NCBI GenBank assembly: GCA_964016885.1
Contig: OZ024765.1
Location: forward strand, 13,516,001-13,580,000
Length of the DNA: 64,000 bases
Direction: 5' to 3'
Source: Eledone cirrhosa
Taxonomy: Eukaryota
Part shown: positions 1-12,000 of the stretch, piece after piece
Numbering within the stretch: the stretch's first letter is position 1
Layout: each line of letters begins with the position of its first letter
Position numbers and translations under genes: made by a program
The notes under the pieces: model-generated
Databases searched by the model: none
The model's input: only the letters and a program-made list of their open reading frames with translations
Told to the model about the DNA's origin: nothing

Positions 1-779
1 CGGGATGGAAGAAGTTCAGGGAACTACTGCCACTGCTAGCTGCAAAAGGCTTCTCCCTCAAAATGAAAGGCAGACTGTATGATGCGTGTATCCGAACAGC
101 AATGTTACATGGTAGTGAGACCTGGGCGCTGAAGGTGGAAGACTTACTTAGATTAGAAAGAAACGAAGCCTGCATGCTCCAATGGATGTGTAACAGTAAT
201 ATACGCAAACGGCAAAGCATAAATGAATTGAGAGAGAGACTGAGCATAAGAGGAATCAAATGCTGTGTGCAGGAGAGGCGGTTGCGTTGGTATGGACATG
301 TGATGCATATGAAGGATGACAGCTGCGTAAAAAGGTGCAGAGCACTAGAAGTCAATGGAAACTGCGGAGTGGGGAGACCCAAGAAGACCTGGGATGAGGT
401 GATAAAAGCCGACCTTACCCAATTACACCTCTCAAAGGCGATGACACATGACCGTGACCTCTGGCGTCACGCAGTAATACAGAGTGCCCGACCTCCCATG
501 GGTACAAGCTGAAGCATATAGACAATATGCCCCCACACCCTCCCACTGCAAAGTGGTCGTGGAGGTGCCACGGCAAAAAAGCACCCAGCCCACACTGTAA
601 AGTGGACGTGTAGGCACCACGGAAAAAGCATCCAGCACTCACTGTAAATGAGGTTGGTGTTAGGAAGGGCATCCAGCTGTAGAAATCAAGCCAAAATCAG
701 TTCCTGCCCACAACAGGACAACCTGTCTAACCCATGCTAGCATGGAAGAACGGACACAAAACGGTGATGATGATGATGA
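1..779 (+). mobile_element. 3' fragment of an RTE-clade LINE (ORF C-terminus, 3' UTR and (ATG)n tail)
   Basis: ORF 63-512 has RTE-type motifs KGRLYDACIRTAMLHGSETW, ERRLRWYGHV, GRPKKTW and DRDLWR. The 3' UTR ends ...ctaacccatgctagcatggaagaacggacacaaaacggtgatgatgatgatgat against a (TA)n tract. Confidence 0.85.
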
Positions 780-1140
<361 letters not shown>

Positions 1141-1336
1141 AAATGGTAAACAGAAATAACAAAACAAACAGTACAGTATATGGAAGGAATATATTAGTTT
1201 AACACTTGAAATAGCAGGAAGAGGGTCTTAACATTTCAGACGCTAGTCCTTTATCAGAAGAAAGAATGAGAAATTAAAAAGATTGAAGGGACGAGCCGAG
1301 TGGAATAGGAAAACATTTTGGGAGGAAAATAACAGG

Positions 1337-1606
1337 TGTCATCATCATCATTTTACTTCCGCTTTTCCCAGCACATTATCTCTCCATTTGTCACGGTCCT
1401 TCGTCATCTCCACCGTGAGCATCAGCAATCTGTGGTCTGCTCTCACCACCTCCACCCATGTTTTTTGTGGTCTTCCTCTACTGCGTTTTCTTTCTATTGG
1501 GATTTCTTGGCACTTCTTTACCCAGCGGTCATCCTCCATGCACATCACATGTCCATACCACCGCAGTCACCTCTCTAGCACATCACAACTTATCTCTCTT
1601 ATACAC
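1337..1606 (-). mobile_element. RTE-clade LINE 3' fragment
   Basis: Minus ORF WVKKCQEIP...RGRPQKTW...DRDKWR, with a (CAT)n tail on the + strand at ~1339-1351. Confidence 0.8.
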
Positions 1607-2053
1607 AGAATATATATATATTTAATGAGGCATAGAGTCAGAGAAATGTATAAAGTATTTTTACCTGTTGTAAGAGTTACACTTGGTTGTGTTGAGACAG
1701 AAGTTGATGTAGTCACTGCCGAGGAAGATAACAGTAAAAATATATTATATATTATTGTAAAAATAAACTATATAACTTTAAATATATATATATATATATA
1801 TAAAAAATATATATATATATATAATTTGAAACATCTGTTTTTTTTTCCCTTTATTCCTCTTTTTTTTCATCTTTCCTCTCACTCTCCAAACAGAACTTGA
1901 ACCATTAAGGCCTGATTCCTGGGTATGTCACTATTTATAAAACAAACTTTGTATTATATCTGATGAGAGCGTACCAAAGTTTTGGTACCCTTGTAATATA
2001 TATAATAGAATAAATATGGTTTTATAAATATAGTTTCCATTTATTAATATTGT

Positions 2054-2129
<76 letters not shown>

Positions 2130-2213
2130 AAAGGTAAACAGAAATAACAACACAATTGGTACAGTATATGGAAGGGATATATTAGGTTAACGCTTGATAT
2201 AGCAGGAAGAGGG

Positions 2214-2249
2214 TCTTAACGTTTCAGATGCTAGTCCTTCATCAGAAGA
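2214..2249 (-). ncRNA. Minimal type I hammerhead ribozyme motif within a dispersed repeat (probable Penelope pLTR relic); related copies at 1226-1261 (degenerate) and 31212-31247
   Basis: Minus strand reads TCTT-CTGATGA-aggactagcatct-GAA-ACGT-T-AAGA: conserved core, stem I TCTT/AAGA, palindromic AACGTT stem III. Confidence 0.6.
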
Positions 2250-2550
2250 AAGAATGAGAAATAAGATAGATTGAAGGGGCGGGTGGGTTGGAATTGGAAA
2301 AAAATGTCTTTAGATAAAAATAACAGGTCCATTCATGTTGACATCTCTTGCAAAACTGTTGATGCTGGCGTTTTGTGTATGATTTATTTTTTAGAAAAGT
2401 ATGTATATATATATATATATATATATATGACCAGTGCTTTGAGAAAAGAACACCAAACTTCAGCACTGAACATATCAAAAAATCGAAATAACAGAAGTAA
2501 GCTTTATTCCATCATTATATTTTTCTGTTTTTTTTCTGTTCAAGTTCTAG

Positions 2551-2607
2551 CTGTCTGATGAAGTCATAGCTACTGCATAATGGGTATCATGGAAATATAT
2601 ATAACAG
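2551..2607 (+). ncRNA. Minimal hammerhead ribozyme motif
   Basis: CTGT-CTGATGA-(30 nt)-GAAA-TATATA-TA-ACAG; stem I CTGT/ACAG; palindromic stem III. Confidence 0.5.
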
Positions 2608-3088
2608 TGAATATGATAAATGAAGTTAATTTCAACCTGTTGACTTACACTTCTGGTTTTTAAATTATTCCGGAGTAAACAGACCCACCTGTGTACTTTG
2701 TTGGGTGTTCTACTCTGCATACTGAAGTGTAGGTAATTAACCAACACATACTCAAATTAATATATATATATATATATGTAAATATCTTTAAGTCGTTTGG
2801 AAGCCTCAACAATGCAAATGGGTAAATCTCCGGGTAACAAGATCCGGTGGTGGAGAGAGAGATGTAAGTGGGTGTATGTTGAGATGCGTGGCGTGTATAA
2901 GACGTGTAGAGGAATGAAGGAAAGAGTATAAAGGATTAAATAAAAATAACAACACGAGAGAGAGTTACCTTGGGAGAGATTTAATTGTCCCTATATATTT
3001 CGGATTCACATCCATCAACTGGGGTTTTTTTCCGGGGTGGGGGAAAGGTTGTCTGTCGGAAAGGTGCGAAACGCATCCTCCGCTGTTT

Positions 3089-3127
<39 letters not shown>

Positions 3128-3174
3128 TATGACTTGGCAAGCTATTTAGAACACTGGTTTAACCGCTTTACTTC

Positions 3175-3209
3175 CCTCCGAAGAAGAGATATTATCTCGA
3201 AAATTAAGG
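3175..3209 (+). ncRNA. Degenerate minimal hammerhead motif
   Basis: CCT-CCGAAGA-a-gagat-att-atctc-GAAA-AT-TA-AGG. Stems I and II are perfect, but the core has one substitution (CCGAAGA for CTGANGA). Confidence 0.45.
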
Positions 3210-3343
3210 ACATTTAAATAAATTTAAGGTAAAAGACTAATTGTCAACAATATCTTTTGCATTTGCATTTATATTCTATGTCCATACCTGCATTGTTTTG
3301 GCTTTACAAATACAAACGTTTATATATATATATATATTTTTTA

Positions 3344-3543
3344 TTATGTCATAAACAACTCAATATAATTATTCCATTACCCAAGGTTTCACGAAGTCAG
3401 ATAGAAATCTTTAATTTGGATACAAATTTGTATCCAAATTAAAGATTTCTATCTGACGAACGGATTCATGCCTCTGTTAGAATCATCTGACTTCGTGAAA
3501 CCTTGGGTAATGGAATAATTATATTGTGTTGTTTATTACATAA
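3344..3543. repeat. Nested foldback containing a hammerhead motif (+ strand, 3447-3515)
   Basis: Outer arms ...attccattacccaaggtttcacgaagtcagat / atctgacttcgtgaaaccttgggtaatggaat... and an inner palindrome centred on tacaaatttgta. Hammerhead: TTCTAT-CTGACGA-acg..cgt-GAAACC-ttg-GGTA-ATGGAA. Confidence 0.75.
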
Positions 3544-3680
3544 CTATACATAGAGCACTCGTCTTCCCTTTACCTTTTCCACGGAAATACTTAAATATAT
3601 ATATATATATATATGTTTATCCCAGGTTCAAGCGGGGGTAACCACAGTAAGGGCTAACTCAATACATAGCAGAGTATGAA

Positions 3681-3812
3681 TATTTAATATAGAAATGTCT
3701 TCTACAGGACTAGAACTGTTTCATTCGGGAGAAATCATCATGTGGTGCTTCCTGATGATTTCTCCTGAATGAAACAGTTCTAGTCCTGTAGAAGCCACTT
3801 CTATATTAAATA
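3681..3812. repeat. ~60-bp-arm foldback containing a hammerhead motif (+ strand, 3747-3795); same family at ~29080 and ~46965
   Basis: Arms tatttaatatagaa...gaaatcatca / tgatgatttctc...ttctatattaaata. Hammerhead: GCTTC-CTGATGA-..-GAAACAG..CTGTA-GAAGC. Confidence 0.75.
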
Positions 3813-3822
3813 TATATATATA

Positions 3823-5106
3823 CGAGGGGGGATCAAAAAGTTCGCAGAATTTTTCAAAAAATATGATTTACCTTCAATTTATTTTTCTACATAGTTGCCA
3901 TCCAGGTCAATACACTTCACAAAGCGATGCTTCCAACTCCGTCAGCCGTCTCTAAAGAAAGTTGAAGGCCTTGTTCGAAGCCATGTGTTGGCAGTGTTTT
4001 TAGCTTCTTCAACACCACTAACACGGGTTCCTTTTAGCATTTCTTTGAGTTTTGGAAAGAGGAAAAAGTCTGATGGGGCTAAATCTGGACTATAAGGCGG
4101 GTGAGGAAGCACTTCCCATCGAAATTCTCGAAGAACTTCTTTTGCAACCCGCGCTGGTGCATTGTCATGGTCAAACAAGATCCCACCATGAAGTTTCCCT
4201 TTTCGTTTCTTGACTAATGCCTCTTTCAGTTTCCTTAAAACATTTGCATAGTAAGCTCCTGTCACAGTTCTTTGACCTTCAAGATAATCTATTAGTATCA
4301 CCCCATCTGAATCCCAGAAAATGGTGGCCATCACTTTTTTATCCGACTTTTGAAATTTGAACTTGATTGGCCCCGATGATCCACGTGGAAGCCACTGTTT
4401 TGACTGCTGTTTGGATTCAGGATCATACTGGTAGATCCAGGTTTCATCTCCGGTGATGATTCTGGTCAGGAAATGGTCTTCATCAACTTCAATTTTGTTT
4501 AATATCGCCAAAGACAGACCACTTCGAAGAATCAGCTGATCAGGGCACAACGCTTTTGGGACCCATCGCACTGAAAGCTTGCTTAGTCCCAAATTATCGT
4601 GCAGAATTGAATTTGCCGAACCATATGAAATGTCGAGTGACTTAGCTAACTGATTAACTGTTATTCTTCGATCTTCTTCAATTAAAGTCTGAGCAGCCTC
4701 AACGTTTGGTCATTTTTTGATGTTCCTAGTTTTCCACTGCGATGGTTGTCTTCAAGGTCGTCTCTCCCTTGTTTGAATCGATGAATCCACTTGTAGACAG
4801 CAGTTTTCTTTGGAGCAGTAGTACCGTAAACTTTAACTAAAGCCTCCATAATCTGTGTCCCTTTGCATTTGAGTTTCACCAGAAACTTGATATTCGATCT
4901 TATCTCAAAATAACTATTTTCCATTGTTCCAAAAAGAGTTTTTTTTAAAGAGTGTCAGTACTGTACAATAGTCCGCGCATGACTGACTGCAAGTGACTAA
5001 TAGCAAGGTAAACACCCAATGACAATGTTGTGACATGTTTAATATTGTTTTAACCTATTTTTTTCTTACTACGATAAAATTCCGCGAACTTTTTGATCCC
5101 CCCTCG
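3823..5106 (-). mobile_element. Full-length Tc1/mariner DNA transposon (DD34D, probably irritans-subfamily-like), defective
   Basis: ~31-bp TIRs cgaggggggatcaaaaagttcgc(a/g)gaatttt with one mismatch; TA on both sides inside a (TA)n tract; length 1.28 kb. Confidence 0.95.
3879..4924 (-). pseudogene. Mariner transposase pseudogene
   Basis: Motifs WVPKAL, TGDETW, HDNAP and YSPDLAPSDF. Frameshift near 4700 splits ORFs 4682-4924 and 3942-4592. A premature TGA at 3942-3944 precedes the in-frame tail RSWKHRFVKCIDLDGNYVEK* that ends at 3879. Confidence 0.92.
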
Positions 5107-5238
5107 TATATATATATATATATATAAAGAATTAGTATATCTACTAACATATATATACAGATGCATACCTATGCTAGCAAATATATAGGTTTTGTCTTAG
5201 TAACTTTGTGGTTCAATGCAAGGGGATGCAGAACAATA

Positions 5239-5438
5239 ATATGAAAGATGTAAAATAAGAAAATTATAAAAATTAACTTTCTTACTAAAATTTCATTCCA
5301 ACTAATTAGTTTCTGAAAGGGAATAAACATATTTATAATAAACATGTTTATTCCCTTTCAGAAACTAATTAGTTGGAGTGAAATTTTAGTAAGTAAGTAG
5401 TCAATTTTTATAATTTTCTTATTTTACGTCTTTCATAT
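5239..5438. repeat. Long AT-rich foldback (~95-bp arms) next to (TA)n
   Basis: Arms atatgaaagatgtaaaataagaaaattataaaaatt...gggaataaacat / atgtttattccc...aatttttataattttcttattttacgtctttcatat. Confidence 0.85.
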
Positions 5439-5730
5439 ATATATATATATATATTGTTATATTTGGGGAGGGTCATATTGTTGAAATATTGCCAGAAATA
5501 ATAATAAAACACACTCACTGTTTGGTTTGGATTGGTTTTCGCTTCTGTATCTTTAATATTTCCATATATATGTATGCACACATATGTCTTTTTCTATATT
5601 GCTATATACTTTTATATATTATTTTTCTTACCCTTCTTTTCTTATGTACACTTCCCGTTATTTTTCCAGCCTCACTTCCAATTTCTAACAGATTTTAAAT
5701 CTCATTTCATATTTTTTATCCATATCATCT

Positions 5731-5794
5731 CTGTCTGATGACTGATCCAGACGTATATTAGTATTGTCTGGGATCCAGAAACCTTTGGTAATGG
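5731..5794 (+). ncRNA. Hammerhead ribozyme motif, related to the one at 3447-3515
   Basis: CTGT-CTGATGA-ctgatccagac..gtctgggatcca-GAAACC-ttt-GGTA-ATGG. Confidence 0.5.
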
Positions 5795-6136
5795 AGTAGT
5801 TATATTTTGTGTTGTTCACAGGGAAAAGCGGACGTAAAACGATGATGATGATGATGATTATTTAATTATGTAATAAACAACATAAGACAATTATTCCATT
5901 TACCAAAGGTTTCACGAAGACAGACGAGCTCAACAGACGGCTCTGAAATGGCTCATCAGAAATCCATATATATATAGTGATGTATGCCACCATCATTCTT
6001 TTATCTCGACAACCCATCTCTTCCTCCCAATTCTTCCCCTTACCTATCCCACATATCCAAACATTTCTCCTCACAAAACCACCAATCAAAATGAAGTAAA
6101 ATTCTCCACCATAAATGAATGGGAACTGATCCATAT

Positions 6137-6420
6137 TTCCTCAACCCTGTAAAGGAATCATTCTGTTATTACCGTAACAGAAGTTTGATGATTAAATCGA
6201 CCCTAGTACATTACTGGTACTTCATTTCCTCAACCCTGTAAAGGAATCATTCTGTCATTACCATAACAGAAATTCGACAATTAAATCGAGCCCAGTGCAT
6301 TACTGGTACTTCATTTGCTCAACACTGTAAAGGAATCATTCTGTCATTACCGTAACAGAAGTTTGACGATTAAATCGATCCCAGTACATTACTGGTACTT
6401 TACTTTATCAACCCTGTAAG
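6137..6420. repeat. 89-bp tandem repeat x~3, derived from a SINE 3' end
   Basis: aaaggaatca recurs at 6151, 6240 and 6329. The array runs into a minus-strand SINE-like body (ggatgaaaggcaaagt...atttgaactcaga). Confidence 0.85.
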
Positions 6421-6607
6421 GATGAAAGGCAAAGTTAACCTTGGAGAGATTTGAACTCAGACCATAAAGGGCCGTAACCCTATAGTGCTGCAAAGCATGG
6501 TGTCCGACACTCTACCAATCTGGTCAATCCACTGCCCTGATAGTGATGGTTTCTGATTTAGGAACAAGGCCAATGTGTTACTGATACTTTATTTTATCGA
6601 AGCTGTA

Positions 6608-7145
6608 GGAGGTGCATGGTCTAGTGGTAAAGGTGTTGGACTTACGATCATAATGTCATAGGTTCAATTCCTGGGCTGGGTTGTGTGTTGTGTTCTTGAG
6701 CAAAACACTTTATTTCATGTTGTTCCAGTATACTCAGCTGAAAATAAGTACCAGTAATAGCTGGAGTTTTAACCCTGCGATAGACTGGGATAATCACTGG
6801 CAAAATGAGCCTTCTGGTTTAAGACAGACTTTAACCCTGCAATGGACTGGTGTCCTGTCCAGGGGGAAGTCTTGTACTCTTAGTCGCTTCATGCCATGAA
6901 ACCAGGATAAGCACCGGCCCAATAAGACTTGGTTTAACCCTGCGATGGACTGGTGTCCTGTCCAGGGGGAAGTCTTGTACTCTTAGTCGCTGCACGCCAT
7001 GAAACCAGGATAAGCACCGGCCCAATAAGACTTGGTTTAACCCTGCGATGGACTGGTGTCCTGTCCAGGGGGAAGTCTTGTACTCTTAGTCGCTTCACGC
7101 CATGAAACCAGGATTAGTACTGGCATAATAAGACCTTTGGTTTAA
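6608..7145 (+). mobile_element. tRNA-derived SINE with a CORE-like region and a 103-bp triplicated 3' segment
   Basis: A box tggtctagtgg, B box ggttcaattcc, central gtgttcttgagcaaaacactt. ttaaccctgc recurs at 6831, 6934 and 7037. Confidence 0.75.
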
Positions 7146-7349
7146 GACAGAATTTAGACTTAGACTGTAGGGATGAAGTCAATCCACTGCCAATCTATCA
7201 CCCTAGTTATTCAACTAATAACATACTGAAGTGAAACTTGTGTAGTGCATGTGTTTTTATTGGCAACTTAACCCTACCAAAGTATAACAGTGTATACTTG
7301 ATTTCACATGAAGAATTATGATAGAAATGATAAGAAAAATACAAGGTAC

Positions 7350-8977
7350 CTGTTGTTGATGTTGGTATGGTTGGTGTTGTTGGTATGGTTGATGTTGTTG
7401 GTATGGTTGATGTTGTTGGTATGGTTGATGTTGTTGGTATGGTTGATGTTGTTGGTATGGTTGATGTTGTTGGTATGGTTGGTGTTGTTATTCCTGTCAT
7501 TGGTGTTGTTTTTGTTATTGTAGGTGGCAATAGTGGTGTTGGTGTTGTTGGTGTTGTTGTTGTTGTTGGTGTTGTTGTTGTTGGTGTTGTTGTTGGTGTT
7601 GTTGTTGTTGGTGTTGTTGTTGGTGTTGTTGTTGGTGTTGTTGTTGTTGTTGGTGTTGTTGTTGGTGTTGTTGTTGTTGGTGTTGTTGTTGGTGTTGTTG
7701 TTGGTGTTGTTGTTGTTGTTGGTGTTGTTGTTGGTGTTGTTGTTGTTGGTGTTGTTGTTGGTGTTGTTGTTGGTGTTGTTGTTGTTGGTGTTGTTGTTGG
7801 TGTTGTTGTTGGTGTTGTTGTTGGTGTTGTTGTTGTTGGTGTTGTTGTTGGTGTTGTTGTTGGTGTTGTTGTTGTTGGTGTTGTTGTTGGTGTTGTTGTT
7901 GTTGGTGTTGTTGTTGGTGTTGGTGTTGTTGTTGTTGTTGGTATTGTTGTTGTCGTTGGTGTTGTTGTTGGTGTTCTTGTTGGTGTTGTTGGTGTTGATG
8001 TTGGTGTTGGTGTTGGTGTTGTTGTTGGTGTTGTTGTTGTTGGTGTTATTGTTGTTGTTGGTGTTGTTGTTGTTGGTGTAGGTGTTGTTGTTGTTGTTGG
8101 TGTTGTTGGTGTTGGTGTTGTTGGTGTTGTTGGTGTTGGTGTTGTTGGTGTTGTTGTCGGTGTTGTTGTTGGTGTTTTTGGTGTTGTTGGTGTTGTTGTT
8201 GGTGTTGTTGGTGTTGTTGGTGTTGTTGTTGTTGTTGGTATTGTTGTTGTCGTTGGTGTTGTTGGTGTTGTTGTTGGTGTTGTTGGTGTTGATGTTGGTG
8301 TTGATGTTGGTGTTGGTGTTGTTGTTGGTGTTGTTGTTGTTGGTGTTGTTGTTGTTGGTGTTGTTGTTGTCGTTGGTGTTGTTGGTGTTGTTGTTGGTGT
8401 TGTTGTTGTTGGTGTTGTTGTTGGTGTTGTTGTTGGTGTTGTTGTTGTTGGTGTAGGTGTTGTTGGTGTTGTTGGTGTTGTTGGTGTTTTTGGTGTTGTT
8501 GGTGTTGTTGTTGGTGTTGTTGGTGTTGTTTTTGGTGTTGTTGTTGGTGTTGTTGGTGTTGTTGGTGTTGTTGTTGTTGTCGGTGTTGTTGTTGGTGTTG
8601 TTGGTGTTGTTGTCGGTGTTATTGGTGTTGTTGTTGGTGTTGTTGTTGGTGTTGGTGTTGTTGTTGTCAGTGTTGTTGTTGTTGGTGTTGTTGTTGGTGC
8701 TGTTGTTGTTGGTGTTGTTGTTGTTGTTGGTGTTGTTGTTGGTGTTGTTGGTGTTGGTGTTGTTGGTGTTGTTGTTGTTGTTGTTGGTGTTGTTGGTGTT
8801 GTTGTTGTTGTTGGTGTTGTTGTTATTGGTGTTGTTGGTGTTGTTTTTGTTGTTGGTGTTGTTGTTGTTGTTGGTGTTGTTGGTGTTGTTGTTATTGGTG
8901 TTGTTGGTGTTGTTTTTGTTGTTGGTGTTGTTGGTGTTGTTGTTGTTGGTGTTGTTGGTGTTGTTGTTGTTGTTGTT

Positions 8978-9008
<31 letters not shown>

Positions 9009-12000
9009 GTGCTGGTATTGTTGTTGTTGGTGTTGTTGTTAATGGTGTTGGTGTTGTTGTTAATGGTGTTGTTGTTGGTGTTGTTGTTGTTGGTGTTGTT
9101 GTTATTGGTGTTGTTGTTATTGGTGTTGTTGGTATTGTTGTTGTTGTTGTTGTTGGTGTTGTTGGTGTTGTCAGTGTTATTGGTGTTGTTGGTGTTGTTG
9201 TCGGTGTTGTTACTGGTGTTATTGTTGTTGGTGTTATTGTTGTTGGTGTTATTGTTGTTGGTGTTATTGTTGTTGGTGTTATTGTTGTTGGTGTTATAGG
9301 TGTTACTGGTGTTGTTGTTGTTGTCGGTGTTGTTACTGGTGTTATTGTTGTTGGTGTTATTGTTGTTGGTGTTATAGGTGTTGTTGTTGTTGGTGTTACT
9401 GGTGTTATTGTTGTTGGTGTTATAGGTGTTGTTGTTGTTGGTGGTATAGGTGTTATTGGTGTTGTTGGTGGAGTTGGTGTCTTTTTCCTTACTAAACAAG
9501 TTGTGGTTGTTTCCGTTGTCGGTGTTGTTACATTTGTTTTCCTTGTTGTTGTTGTTAGTGTTATTTTTGTTGGTGTTGTTGTAGCTGGTGTTCTTGTTGT
9601 TGGTGTTGGTGTTGTTGTTGTTGTTGTTGGTGGTGTTGGTGTTATTGGTGTTGTTATTGGTGTTGCTGTTGTTGGTGTTGTTGTTGTTGGTGTTGTTGTT
9701 GATGTTGGTGTTGTTGGTGTTGGTGTTGGTGTTGTTGTTGTTGGTGCTGTTGTTAGTGTTGTTGTTGGTATTGTTGTTGTTGGTGTTGTTGTTGGGGTTG
9801 TTGTTGGTGTTGTTGTTGGTGTTGTTGTTGTTGGTGTTGTTGTTGTTGGTGTTATTGTTGTTGTTGGTGTTATTGTTGTTGGTGTTATTGTTGTTGTTGG
9901 TATTGTTGTTGTTGTTGTTGGTGTTGTAGTTGGTGTTGTTGTTGGTGTTGGAGTTGGTGTTGTTGTTGGTGTTATTGTTGTTGGTGTTCTTGTTGTTGTC
10001 GCTGTTGTTGGTGTTTCTGGTGTTGTTGATGTTGTTGTTGTTGGTGTTGTTGTTGGTGATGTTGTTGGTGTTGTTGTTGGTGGTGTTGTTGTTGGTGGTG
10101 TTGTTGGTGTTGTTGTTGGTGTTGGTGTTGTTGTTGGTGTTATTGTTGTTGGTGTTCTTGTTGTTGTCGCTGTTGTTGGTGTTTCTGGTGTTGTTGATGT
10201 TGTTGTTGTTGGTGTTGTTGTTGGTGATGTTGTTGGTGTTGTTGTTGGTGGTGTTGTTGTTGGTGGTGTTGTTGTTGGTGGTGTTGTTGTTGGTGGTGTT
10301 GTTTTTGGTGTTGTTGTTGTTGTTGTTGGTGTTGTTGTTGTTGTTGTTGTTGGTGTTATTGGTGTTGTTGTTGGTGTTCGTGATGTTGTTTGTGTTATTG
10401 GTGTTGTTGTTGGTGTTGTTGGTCTTATTGTTGGTGTTGTTGGTGTTATTGTTGTTGATGTTGGTGTTCTTGTTGGTGTTATTGTTGTTGGTGTTATTGT
10501 TGTTACTGGTGTTGTTGTTGTTGTCGGTGTTGTTACTGGAGTTATTGTTGTTGGTGTTATTGTTGTTGGTGTTATTGTTGTTGGTGTTATTGTTGTTGGT
10601 GTTATTGTTGTTGGTGTTATAGGTGTTACTGGTGTTGTTGTTGTTGTCGGTGTTGTTACTGGTGTTATTGTTGTTACTGGTGTTGTTGTTGTTGTCGGTG
10701 TTGTTACTGGAGTTATTGTTGTTGGTGTTATTGTTGTTGGTGTTATTGTTGTTGGTGTTATTGTTGTTGGTGTTATTGTTGTTGGTGTTATTGTTGTTGG
10801 TGTTATAGGTGTTACTGGTGTTGTTGTTGTTGTCGGTGTTGTTACTGGTGTTATTGTTGTTGGTGTTATTGTTGTTACTGGTGTTGTTGTTGTTGTCGGT
10901 GTTGTTACTGGTGTTATTGTTGTTGGTGTTATTGTTGTTGGTGTTATTGTTGTTGGTGTTATTGTTGTTGGTGTTATTGTTGTTACTGGTGTTGTTGTTG
11001 TTGTCGGTGTTGTTACTGGTGTTATTGTTGTTGGTGTTATTGTTGTTGGTGTTATTGTTGTTGGTGTTATTGTTGTTGGTGTTATTGTTGTTACTGGTGT
11101 TGTTGTTGTTGTCGGTGTTGTTACTGGTGTTATTGTTGTTGGTGTTATTGTTGTTGGTGTTATTGTTGTTGGTGTTATTGTTGTTGGTGTTATTGTTGTT
11201 GGTGTTATTGTTGTTACTGGTGTTGTTGTTGTTGTCGGTGTTGTTACTGGTGTTATTGTTGTTGGTGTTATTGTTGTTGGTGTTATTGTTGTTGGTGTTA
11301 TTGTTGTTGGTGTTATTGTTGTTGGTGTTATTGTTGTTACTGGTGTTGTTGTTGTTGTCGGTGTTGTTACTGGTGTTATTGTTGTTGGTGTTATTGTTGT
11401 TGGTGTTATTGTTGTTGGTGTTATTGTTGTTGGTGTTATTGTTGTTGGTGTTATTGTTGTTACTGGTGTTGTTGTTGTTGTCGGTGTTGTTACTGGTGTT
11501 ATTGTTGTTGGTGTTATTGTTGTTGGTGTTATTGTTGTTGGTGTTATTGTTGTTGGTGTTATTGTTGTTGGTGTTATTGTTGTTACTGGTGTTGTTGTTG
11601 TTGTCGGTGTTGTTACTGGTGTTATTGTTGTTGGTGTTATTGTTGTTGGTGTTATTGTTGTTGGTGTTATTGTTGTTGGTGTTATTGTTGTTGGTGTTAT
11701 TGTTGTTGGTGTTATTGTTGTTGGTGTTATTGATGTTACTGGTGTTGTTGTTGTTGTCGGTGTTGTTACTGGTGTTATTGTTGTTGGTGTTATTGTTGTT
11801 GGTGTTATAGGTGTTGGTGTTATTGTTGTTGGTGTTATTGTTGTTGGTGTTATTGTTGTTACTGGTGTTGTTGTTGTTGTCGGTGTTGTTACTGGTGTTA
11901 TTGTTGTTGGTGTTATTGTTGTTGGTGTTATTGTTGTTACTGGTGTTGTTGTTGTTGTCGGTGTTGTTACTGGTGTTATTGTTGTTGGTGTTATTGTTGT

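Noticed and set aside
6608-6680. tRNA genes here and in each satellite unit
   Set aside because: Degenerate A/B boxes without a cloverleaf, running into SINE body sequence.
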